From Candidatus Micrarchaeota archaeon (lineage in GTDB: Archaea; Micrarchaeota; Micrarchaeia; Norongarragalinales; SBBD01), in contig JBBSVW010000086.1 in assembly GCA_038046605.1 (NCBI GenBank), positions 1 to 26,388 of the forward strand: 26,388 nt of DNA, read 5' to 3'. A program made the position numbers and the translations under genes. The notes beneath the pieces were generated by a model, which had not been told where the DNA came from, did no database searches, and saw nothing but the letters and a program-made list of their open reading frames with translations. Shown here one piece after another: positions 17,886 to 26,023 of this stretch (the first letter of the stretch is position 1; the number at the start of each line of letters is the position of its first letter).

Positions 17886-17960
17886 AACCACTTCTTGGCG
17901 GGGCAGCAATTGACCTTCAAAATTACGGTTGAGAAGATCACTAAAGCTTTGGGGTGTTGA
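17886..17960 (+). repeat. Recoded duplicate of the 3' end of the FKBP gene (NHFLAGQQLTFKITVEKITKALGC*)
   Basis: 17886..17948 aligns with 17720..17782: 20/21 identical amino acids, 50/63 identical nucleotides, nine synonymous codon changes and one A-to-Q change. Confidence 0.92.
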
Positions 17961-18018
17961 AAGCAAGCGTGAAACAAAGTTCGCCCTTTGGCCAGACAAA
18001 ATGTTTGCAAAGTCGACT

Positions 18019-18111
18019 TATAGCGAATAAGGCAATTATTGAAACTTTTCCCTGCCTTATTCTCATATAGCGGTTTTTTTGAGTGATCCGTTATTTTACT
18101 TAACTGCTATA
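18019..18111 (+). repeat. TATA-bounded double-palindrome element, copy 2
   Basis: First 59 nt identical to 19799..19857; TATA at 18019, 18066 and 18108. Confidence 0.92.
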
Positions 18112-18223
18112 GAACTTCTGGCGATACCATCATGACCGCCATCCAATGCGCGCAGATATGGTTAAATACTTCTTCTTAATTACAATGTAGACGGGTCATT
18201 ACCAGCGTACGGGGTTGCTTTCG

Positions 18224-19213
18224 ATGGGGGGGCTTTTAGATAAATTACAAAATTTAGTACCAAAAAGCATTGGTTCCGCCATCACCAAGGCTAGTTTAAA
18301 TTCAAAAATATCGGAAATTCAGGCAGAAACAACAAAATTGCAGGAGTTTATCGATAAATTAGAGGCAGATAAGAAGAAAATACTATTGAAAGCAAATGAA
18401 AAACTATGCTTTCATGGTTTTTCGGATTTCTTACAAGAAAGAATGATAAGGGAATATTCGTCTGGTTTTGCAGGCTTCAGAGTGGCAAGAGGCGTATATT
18501 TAGGAGGCTCAAGCGGCTCTTCTGAATCCTTTCCAACACTTAAAAAAATAGACAGAGGCACCTTAACGGTAACCAGTAAGCGCATTATCTTTAATGGTAC
18601 ATACAAAAATATTGAAATTAAATTAGATAAAATCAATACTCTTGAACCATTTTCTAATGCAATTGAAATCGGCCAAGAAAATAAGCAAAAGACAATGGTA
18701 TTTACCACCGAATATCCTTTTTCAATTTTATATGCTGTTCAAGCTTCTTTAAATCCTAACGATATCTCAGAGGAAGCATCCTTAGCAATTAAGAGAGAAA
18801 TAAACAGCAAAATCGCTCTTGACTTAAAAAAAATGGAATTAAAGTCGCTTGTTCTTGACGAAGACAATATCAGAATATACGCGACATATTTCAGTTTACT
18901 TTTTAGGAAGCTAAATTCGATTATGTCAATTTACAGAGCTTTACCATCTTCAAAAACCGTATCTGGAATTGACAAGTTAGTTCAATCTATAGGTAATTTC
19001 GCTTCTGTACTTGAGGATATTAGTAATGCAACCGACGTTATTAGAAAACGAGAACCTCAAGGACTTAATGGAGACCAAAAATCTAAATATTACGAAAAAG
19101 GATGGGAAGAAATCGGAGTTAAGGAAAAATTAGTTAATGCTATTCGGATTTATGTAAGTGCTGCTGAAGAAAGCGGAATAGCAAAAATAACCTACGCCCC
19201 TAAACCATCATAA
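18224..19213 (+). CDS. Hypothetical protein with coiled coil and possible PH-like domain (AT-rich, probably foreign)
   Basis: Long ORF; IDRGTLTVTSKRIIFNG..IEIKLDKI resembles bacterial PH-like domains; visibly more AT-rich than neighbouring genes. Confidence 0.7.
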   Translation: MGGLLDKLQNLVPKSIGSAITKASLNSKISEIQAETTKLQEFIDKLEADKKKILLKANEKLCFHGFSDFLQERMIREYSSGFAGFRVARGVYLGGSSGSSESFPTLKKIDRGTLTVTSKRIIFNGTYKNIEIKLDKINTLEPFSNAIEIGQENKQKTMVFTTEYPFSILYAVQASLNPNDISEEASLAIKREINSKIALDLKKMELKSLVLDEDNIRIYATYFSLLFRKLNSIMSIYRALPSSKTVSGIDKLVQSIGNFASVLEDISNATDVIRKREPQGLNGDQKSKYYEKGWEEIGVKEKLVNAIRIYVSAAEESGIAKITYAPKPS

Positions 19214-19547
19214 CTTTTAATTGAAGATTATTAGGTAACACTGAGCAAATATTTGGAGTAAAGGTATAAGAAATGCCTTCAACCATTCCACTTAGGCCTA
19301 ATTGAGCACCAGAACAATTTACTTGAACTTCGGAGCTGATTCCCAAGGGTTTTCTTTCTCCATTTTCAAAATATTCTGGAGTTGCACAAAATCGCCCTCC
19401 ACTTTCAAAACAATGAAGGTAACTGCCAGTTTTATTTGCTGAAATAGGCTTAACCAGTATATCATGTTTAGTCGGGCGACCAATGATTACTACCGGTCCT
19501 TCTTTTCTAAGGAATTGATATTCTTTAATATCGCTTTTACTTGCCAT
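19200..19547 (-). CDS. Hypothetical protein (AT-rich)
   Basis: 115 aa ATG-start ORF convergent with, and overlapping by 14 nt, the preceding gene. Confidence 0.5.
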   Translation of the reverse strand: MASKSDIKEYQFLRKEGPVVIIGRPTKHDILVKPISANKTGSYLHCFESGGRFCATPEYFENGERKPLGISSEVQVNCSGAQLGLSGMVEGISYTFTPNICSVLPNNLQLKVMMV

Positions 19548-19798
19548 AAGAGCTAACCAACAATTTACTTAGACGATATTTTATTTTAGGCGAATTAGTA
19601 TTAAATGCTTCAGGTAGGTCTGTCGAATCGACTTGCATCTGATGTTCACTCAGTCTGTATCAGACTTCGTCAGATCAACACTTTTTTCGGTCAATGAACA
19701 CTAGCATAAAAATGCCTATTTAAAGCTATCTCCAGACCCCTCGTATTTCCGCTTATCTGCCTAGGAAATTGGGTAGATTAGGCAAGAAACGTGGAAAC

Positions 19799-19891
19799 TA
19801 TAGCGAATAAGGCAATTATTGAAACTTTTCCCTGCCTTATTCTCATATAGCGGTTTTATTTGAATGGTCCTTTATTTTACTAACAGCTATA
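19799..19891 (+). repeat. TATA-bounded double-palindrome element, copy 3
   Basis: Direct repeat of 18019..18111; both copies are 93 bp. Confidence 0.92.
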
Positions 19892-19911
19892 AAACCCATA
19901 TAATTTGTTGC

Positions 19912-21282
19912 CTACCATTCAATTGAGTTAAACGCCCTTTGCACGACCTCCGAAAGCGAAGGGTGGGCATGCACCGAATTGATGATATTATCAACAGTTC
20001 CGTTTCCGGATTTCATGGCTACAACCACTTCATGGATCAGGATGGATGCGTGCGGGCCCATTATGAAGCACCCAAGGATTTTTCTGCTCTTCCTATCCGC
20101 AAGCACCTTTACAAAGCCGCTCCTATCTTTCAGGGATGTGCCCATTGCGGTATTTTTATAGTAATATTTTCCAACCGCAAAATCGGCGCCATCTGCTTCG
20201 AGCTGCGTTTGCGCCTTCCCAACGCCGGCTATCTGCGGGGAGCAAAATGCCGCAAAGGGCATGGCGAAATAATCAGCTTTCACCTTCCCTTTGGGGTTTA
20301 GGATATTATGGGATACCGCCTGCGCCTCGAGGTTGGCGGAATGCTTGAATAGGAATTTCCCAACTATATCCCCGAATGCAAAGATGCCGGGGACATTTGT
20401 TTGCAAATACGGATCCACTTCAATAAAGCCCCTCGAATCCATTTTTACCCCGGCCTTGCCCAAATCAAGGATATCCGAATTTGGCGCCCTTCCTGTTGCA
20501 ATAAGCAGTTTTTCCGCGGTTATTTTTACCAATTTTGAACCGTTTTGCCTGCCTTCAATAACCATCCTGTTTTTTTTGCCGGAAACCTTGCGCGCCTCAA
20601 AGCCCATCCGCAAGTCAAATTTTATTCCCATTTCCTTTGTGAAGGCAATGGAAATATCCCTATCAACCCCCTCCATCAGGTGCTCATTCCTTTCAACAAT
20701 CGTCACTTTGGTCCCAAGGGATCCGAAAAAATGGGCAAGTTCAGCGGCTATATACCCTCCCCCCAATATGATAAGGCTTTTTGGCTGGGTTTTAAGCCGA
20801 AGCGCCTCATCGGATGTAATGTATGGCACACTTTTTAGGCCTGGAATTATAGGTATGGATGGCCTTGTGCCGGCGCAAATTACAATCGTATCGGAGGCTA
20901 TTATTTCCTTGCCCACTTTTAACATTTTTTTCCCGATAAATTTGCCCTCATCCTTGAAGAGGGCATATTGCTTATATGCCCTGACCGCCTTTTCAATTTG
21001 CCCAGACTCCCCATCCACTATATGCGAAGCGTTTTTGATTATCGAGGCAAAATCAATCGAAACACGCTTTGGATTGATGCCAAACATATTAGCCTCATTG
21101 ATCGTTTGCGCAACATCCGCGGAATGGAGTATGATTTTGGATGGGATGCAGCCGCGGTTCAGGCAAGTTCCCCCAAGGGGCCCCTTTTCAATTATTGCCA
21201 CTTTCATGCCACGGTATGCCGCATCGGCCGCAACATCAAGCCCGGAGCCTGAGCCAATTATTATAAGGTCGAATTTTTTCAT
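19912..21282 (-). CDS. Class I pyridine nucleotide-disulfide oxidoreductase (dihydrolipoyl dehydrogenase / mycothione reductase-like)
   Basis: IIIGSGSG, GGTCLNRGCIPSK, LGGGYIAAE, FAFGD and HAHPSLSE motifs. Confidence 0.92.
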   Translation of the reverse strand: MKKFDLIIIGSGSGLDVAADAAYRGMKVAIIEKGPLGGTCLNRGCIPSKIILHSADVAQTINEANMFGINPKRVSIDFASIIKNASHIVDGESGQIEKAVRAYKQYALFKDEGKFIGKKMLKVGKEIIASDTIVICAGTRPSIPIIPGLKSVPYITSDEALRLKTQPKSLIILGGGYIAAELAHFFGSLGTKVTIVERNEHLMEGVDRDISIAFTKEMGIKFDLRMGFEARKVSGKKNRMVIEGRQNGSKLVKITAEKLLIATGRAPNSDILDLGKAGVKMDSRGFIEVDPYLQTNVPGIFAFGDIVGKFLFKHSANLEAQAVSHNILNPKGKVKADYFAMPFAAFCSPQIAGVGKAQTQLEADGADFAVGKYYYKNTAMGTSLKDRSGFVKVLADRKSRKILGCFIMGPHASILIHEVVVAMKSGNGTVDNIINSVHAHPSLSEVVQRAFNSIEW

Positions 21283-21369
21283 TCAAATCAACATGGGATA
21301 AAACGGCCATTTAAGCATGGTTAGGAGTAAGGGCATAATACCATCAATTTGTTGCATGCATACCTTTTT

Positions 21370-21513
21370 TTAGCAAAACTCGCACACCGGTGCTTTGATG
21401 GGGTTCTTATGGTCGAAGATGTCGCAGCACTTCTGGCAGCAGAAATTCTTCCTGCCTTCGGTTACCTTTTCCTTCCCTATGTTTTTTCCGCAGTTATCGC
21501 ATTCAAGCCCCAT
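21370..21513 (-). CDS. 47-aa Cys-rich metallothionein/TRASH-like peptide (not in ORF track)
   Basis: MGLECDNCGKNIGKEKVTEGRKNFCCQKCCDIFDHKNPIKAPVCEFC*; GGTGG RBS; same strand as its neighbours. Confidence 0.8.
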   Translation of the reverse strand: MGLECDNCGKNIGKEKVTEGRKNFCCQKCCDIFDHKNPIKAPVCEFC

Positions 21514-21579
21514 CAAAACCACCCGTTTAATGAAACAGAATTAATCGGTTGAAAACCAGCCTATCTTTTTCCCCCAAGA

Positions 21580-21939
21580 TCAACTTATGTCAAGATGGGT
21601 CCTATACATATAAGCCGCATCCTTATTCCGCTTGGCCATTTCCTTTGAAATGAATGCAGATATAGCCCTCGAATCCACGGATTGCCTCCCCAGCAAATGC
21701 TTGCCAAGCTCCAGCACAACCGCATTGGCGATTTTTTCAGCCTCCACTTCGGATAAATGCGAGCTTTTCGAAGCCCAATATATGCTCCCATATGCTTTCC
21801 TTTCATCAAAGGCCTCGAAATGGCCCTTCCGTTTCACCACAAGAAGTGGAATTTTTGGATGCGGGGATGCCTTTTGGATTTTATTGGCAGCTCTTGCAAC
21901 CTTTTTGGTTTTTCCACCTGTTTTTTTGCGTCGTTCCAT
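21580..21939 (-). CDS. Stand-alone ATP-cone domain protein with basic N-terminal extension
   Basis: VVKRKGHFEAFDERK...DSRAI...AAYMY pattern. Confidence 0.8.
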   Translation of the reverse strand: MERRKKTGGKTKKVARAANKIQKASPHPKIPLLVVKRKGHFEAFDERKAYGSIYWASKSSHLSEVEAEKIANAVVLELGKHLLGRQSVDSRAISAFISKEMAKRNKDAAYMYRTHLDIS

Positions 21940-21951
21940 TATAATCACTTT

Positions 21952-22662
21952 TCATCCGAAATTAATAGTGCCGTTCGCAATAAAAATGAGCATCCAGCCA
22001 AGTGCTATCAGCAGAAGGCCGGTAAAGAGGCGCATGTAGCCGCGGTTTTGCTCCTTCCACATCTTTAGGTCTGTGATTTTCATGCCAAAATATGCAAGGA
22101 AGAGGATGATGATGAGCGGCAGCACAAAAACAAAATTATACAGGAGCATCAAAAGGAAAGCCTCGATATTGAAGCCCTGCCTCAAAACAGTAATGATCGC
22201 AAGGTAGGGCGCACCGGTGCAGGGTAGCTCAACTGCGGATACGAACGCGCCCAGAAAGACCATTCCCGGAACCGTCAGGTTTTGCGCGTAGCCGTGTATC
22301 CGCTTGGCCATCTCCGGCGGAATTGCCAGCGAAAAACCCTGGCCATACCAATAGAAATCCTTGATCTCAACCAGGCCCGCGAATACCACTATTGCCCCGA
22401 CGAAAATAGAGATGTACTCTGCAACGGACTGAGGAATGGTTGTAAAGAAGGCAATCAGCCCAAGCCCGGCAATAAGATAGGTGATGTAGACCGCGCTTAT
22501 GTACGCAAAACCCAGCACCAGCATCCGATCCCTTTTCAGGTTTGTGGCTATGACCGTGGAAATAAGCAGTATGAGCACACCTATCGCACAGGGGTTGATG
22601 GAATCAATTGCCGCAGTGATTAGGACGGTCATTATTGTTGGGATGTTCGCTTCGACTGCCAT
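21952..22662 (-). CDS. CcdA/DsbD-like transmembrane thiol-disulfide transporter
   Basis: About six TM segments; DSINPCAI and ELPCTG motifs. Confidence 0.85.
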   Translation of the reverse strand: MAVEANIPTIMTVLITAAIDSINPCAIGVLILLISTVIATNLKRDRMLVLGFAYISAVYITYLIAGLGLIAFFTTIPQSVAEYISIFVGAIVVFAGLVEIKDFYWYGQGFSLAIPPEMAKRIHGYAQNLTVPGMVFLGAFVSAVELPCTGAPYLAIITVLRQGFNIEAFLLMLLYNFVFVLPLIIILFLAYFGMKITDLKMWKEQNRGYMRLFTGLLLIALGWMLIFIANGTINFG

Positions 22663-22747
22663 ATTATCACAGATTGCAAATTTTATTCATTGGATGGGAA
22701 TTTGGTCCGATTACATAATCATTTTTCCCGATAAATAAAACCATTAA

Positions 22748-23560
22748 TTATCCTGTTTCAAAAGCTATTTTCATAAAATCGCCGCAATTCGAAATGCAGA
22801 CGGAGCCAACGGGCGGCACGTTGAAATAAGGCTTCAGCACGTAATTATCCATTTCCGCACTCTCCACAAACTTATCGGGCAAGGCCCAATCCCGCAAATA
22901 CAAGCGAAGCTTGCCCGGCTTTCCGTTGGGGCAAAGGTCGCCGTTCCTGTAGGCAAGATGGGAGCCGTTTTCCAGTGGGACTGACATGGATTCCCCGCCG
23001 AGGCTTCCGCCAATCACCTTGAAAAAACCGCCCAGCGTCACATCCTTGCGTTCCACCACAATTCCCTCGACATGTATCCGGAAATCGTCATGATAATGGA
23101 AAGTGGGAGTCCCCACAAAATTAGCAGGGAGCTTGGAGGTCGGCAGGTTCGTTATCTTTTCACCGCACGCCCAGATTTCAAAATCAGCATGCCAATGAGC
23201 GGGCCCTCCGGAATAGGATATGAGGTTGAGGTACACTGTGCTTCCGCCGATATAAAGGGTTATCAGCACGACCGGCACCGCGATGAGAATGAAGAACGCC
23301 TTCTTTATTTTCGGCGTTAGGATGGAAGGAAAGAAAAGGGAAACTGCTACGATGGCTGCGATTAGGGCAAAATCGTACAGGGCCAAGCCAAAAGGATCCA
23401 CCGGAAGGTAGGAGGCGGGTTCGGAAGCCATGTGGCCACCATCTTCCTCATGCGCATCCTCGTCTGCTTCCATACCGTGCGCCCCAATAAGAAGCGTGAA
23501 TGCCACTAGGGATATAATTGCCAACTTTACTGATGCTTCAATTCTTATGGTGGGTGCCAT
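22748..23560 (-). CDS. Membrane protein with extracellular His-rich domain
   Basis: Signal/TM segments; HWHADF..CG, FHYHDD..IHVEG, TLG.FF and C-x-x-G motifs. Confidence 0.7.
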   Translation of the reverse strand: MAPTIRIEASVKLAIISLVAFTLLIGAHGMEADEDAHEEDGGHMASEPASYLPVDPFGLALYDFALIAAIVAVSLFFPSILTPKIKKAFFILIAVPVVLITLYIGGSTVYLNLISYSGGPAHWHADFEIWACGEKITNLPTSKLPANFVGTPTFHYHDDFRIHVEGIVVERKDVTLGGFFKVIGGSLGGESMSVPLENGSHLAYRNGDLCPNGKPGKLRLYLRDWALPDKFVESAEMDNYVLKPYFNVPPVGSVCISNCGDFMKIAFETG

Positions 23561-23678
23561 TTGTCACTGCCTTAATTATTTAATCAAATAGCCCTTCCCG
23601 GTATAAATAGGTATCTAAAACATATCGGCGCAATTGGAAATGGCACAAGGCAACAATTAGAATTTGTTCGCCGTCAAT

Positions 23679-24284
23679 TCAGCCCCCAATTGCCTTGCAG
23701 TTCTCCCAAGTTGCGCAAGTGGATTCATCCGGCGGCTCCCCCCTTTCGGGGCACTTTTTGGAGTAGATGCAGGCGTTATCAGATATTGATGCGAGCTGCA
23801 AAGCAATATCCGCCTTGCTTTCGCCCCCAAAACTAATCAAAAGTTTATCCAAATCCTTGAATTCGTATTCTCCGAATTGCAGATTTTGCCCCCCATTCAC
23901 AAAGAATTTGAGCGTTTTGCCCTCCGAGTTGCAGTATGCCTTTTTTTCATCCGTAACAAAACAAGTGGAGTTGAAAACCATCCCAATTGATCCGAAGAAC
24001 TCCTTTAGCCGGATTCCGGAAACGTGCTTGTGCAAAATTTCACCGTTCATATCATGCAGGTGGACAAAATTGCTCCTCAAATCGCCCTCTTCCGACATGT
24101 ATTTTCCATTGGTGAAATTGAATTGCTCGCCATCCAGGTAAACCTTGAAACCTGCGTGCTCGTGCACATCGCCAAGAAGGCCCAGAGGGGGGGAATTTTG
24201 GCTCCCCACGAATGCCAGATAGGCGACCGCAAGGAGAGTTGCAACCAAAAGAGCCAATGAAAGATTTCTTGAATTATTCACCAT
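23679..24284 (-). CDS. Membrane-anchored His-rich domain protein, likely paralogous to 22748..23560
   Basis: HEHAGF, VHLHD..ILHKH, L..FF..IG and D.D..LI.F motifs; Cys-rich tail; ATG at 24284. Confidence 0.7.
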   Translation of the reverse strand: MVNNSRNLSLALLVATLLAVAYLAFVGSQNSPPLGLLGDVHEHAGFKVYLDGEQFNFTNGKYMSEEGDLRSNFVHLHDMNGEILHKHVSGIRLKEFFGSIGMVFNSTCFVTDEKKAYCNSEGKTLKFFVNGGQNLQFGEYEFKDLDKLLISFGGESKADIALQLASISDNACIYSKKCPERGEPPDESTCATWENCKAIGG

Positions 24285-24413
24285 TCTAATCGCTCCCAAA
24301 GTGACATGTTAACGGCTTAATCTTTTTTAAGGCGCTTGATTTTGTTACCTGCAAAAACCCCCCTAAAATTCCTTTTTTCTCCCTTTTTTAATCCGCGCTC
24401 CCAAAAAATTAGC

Positions 24414-24806
24414 ATGTCGCCATTTTGGGATAATCTGGACCATGAGCCCGAAGGGCAAAAAAAAACAAAGGTTTTGGGGCCGCTTGAGCATGCCTTGAAT
24501 ACATTGCATAGGGATCTGCAGGCAAGTGCGCATTTCAAGTGGCTGTTAAGGATTGCCGGAGGGGCCCAAAGGATGGATTTCAAGAAAGTTGAGGATATTC
24601 AGGCGCATATCGCCATATTAACTAAAACCATACCTACCAGCGGCCAGGCAGGGGTTAGGCAAATAAAACCGGGTAGCAGGGAAGAGCAGGTCAATAAGAA
24701 TTTGATTCGCCTATATGAAGATGCGCATGCGTTTTTGGAGGAGCACAAAAATCACCTAAACGTAGAGGCAAAAATGGAAATTGAAAGGAGGCAGAAAGAC
24801 AAATGA
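24414..24806 (+). CDS. Hypothetical protein translationally coupled to aRF1
   Basis: ATG at 24414; its stop overlaps the aRF1 start (ATGA at 24803-24806). Confidence 0.65.
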   Translation: MSPFWDNLDHEPEGQKKTKVLGPLEHALNTLHRDLQASAHFKWLLRIAGGAQRMDFKKVEDIQAHIAILTKTIPTSGQAGVRQIKPGSREEQVNKNLIRLYEDAHAFLEEHKNHLNVEAKMEIERRQKDK

Positions 24807-26023
24807 GCCAGCAAAGCAAGGAGATGTATGAGTTCAAGAAGCAGATAAAGGCGCTAGCGGAGTTCCGGGGGAAGGGGACCGAGCTCATTTCGCTTTACAT
24901 CGGTCCATCCATGCAGGTTTCTGATTTCACGGGCAAGCTTCGCGATGAGTTCGGCCAGGCAAGCAATATCAAGAGCAAATCAACACAGCAAAATGTGCAG
25001 GGCGCAATTGAGCGGGTGCTTGCGTATTTGAAAATTCTTGGGCACAAGGCGCCCCCCAATGGCGTTGCAATTTTCTGCGGGAATGTTTCCAAACATGAGG
25101 GGAAAAGCGACATAGCACTATTCGCAATTGTACCCCCATCCCCCATGACCACCTCTTTTTATCGGTGCGAATCAACATTCCAAATCGAGCCATTGGAGGA
25201 GATGCTCGAGCAAACCGGTTCATATGGGCTTGTTGTGATGGATGGGAAGGAGGCAACAATTGCAATCCTTAAGGGAAAAACATTCAAAATCATACGCCAG
25301 TTGAATTCAACGGCGCATCAGAAGGTAAATAAGGGTGGGCAATCAAGTGCAAGATTCCAGCGTATCCGGGAGGAGGTCGTCGAGGTTTATTACAAGCGCA
25401 TTGGGGAAGCCATGGAACCCTACCTTGCCCTGAAGAATTTCAAGGGCGTAATTGTTGGCGGACCGGGCCCCGCAAAGGAGGATTTCATGAAACTTAAGCC
25501 CTACAATTACCAGCTAAAAGTGCTTGGAATGGTGGACACCGGCTATACGGATGAAACCGGCATCAAGGAACTGCTGGAAAAATCCGGCGAAATCATACAG
25601 GAGCAGGAAGCGATCAAGGAAAAGAAACTGATCAACGATTTCATGAAGGAAATTGCGACGGAAGGATTGGTTACATACGGATATTATGAGATTAAGGAGG
25701 CAATTGGCAAAAACCAGGTCTCCAAATTGCTGGTTTCTGAAAACCTCGATATCCATGCAATAAAATATTTGTGCGGCAAGTGCGGGAATTCGGAGGAGAA
25801 AATTGTGGAGGGAAAACTGGACCTGGAGCGCGAATCCTGCTCCAAATGCGCAACGCGCGTAAAAATCGATGAGTTGGCGGATATGCGCGACCTAGTTACT
25901 GAAATACAGGATGCAGCTGCCGCAAAGGGGGTCGATATCGAGCTCATCTCCCAGGAGACAACCGAAGGGGATCAGTTCTTTGGGACGTTCCATGGGCTTG
26001 GCGCATTCTTGCGCTACAAATAG
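24803..26023 (+). CDS. prf1: Peptide chain release factor aRF1
   Basis: GTELISLY, NIKS, YRC, GGQS, GGPG and GLGAFLRY motifs; CxxC..CxxC minidomain. Confidence 0.97.
   Translation: MSQQSKEMYEFKKQIKALAEFRGKGTELISLYIGPSMQVSDFTGKLRDEFGQASNIKSKSTQQNVQGAIERVLAYLKILGHKAPPNGVAIFCGNVSKHEGKSDIALFAIVPPSPMTTSFYRCESTFQIEPLEEMLEQTGSYGLVVMDGKEATIAILKGKTFKIIRQLNSTAHQKVNKGGQSSARFQRIREEVVEVYYKRIGEAMEPYLALKNFKGVIVGGPGPAKEDFMKLKPYNYQLKVLGMVDTGYTDETGIKELLEKSGEIIQEQEAIKEKKLINDFMKEIATEGLVTYGYYEIKEAIGKNQVSKLLVSENLDIHAIKYLCGKCGNSEEKIVEGKLDLERESCSKCATRVKIDELADMRDLVTEIQDAAAAKGVDIELISQETTEGDQFFGTFHGLGAFLRYK

Noticed and set aside
8607-17960. Diversity-generating retroelement (VR/TR pairs) as the explanation for the 3'-end duplicates
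   Set aside because: Differences are not adenine-specific (e.g. gtt/gtg, gcc/gcg, cgc/cgg), are almost all synonymous, and no reverse transcriptase is present in the window.
1975-19891. CRISPR array made of the palindromic repeats
   Set aside because: Copies are 93-152 bp, dispersed, lack regular spacers, and no cas genes are visible.
20291-21301. 336-aa plus-strand ORF
   Set aside because: Antisense shadow of the disulfide reductase with no recognisable motifs.
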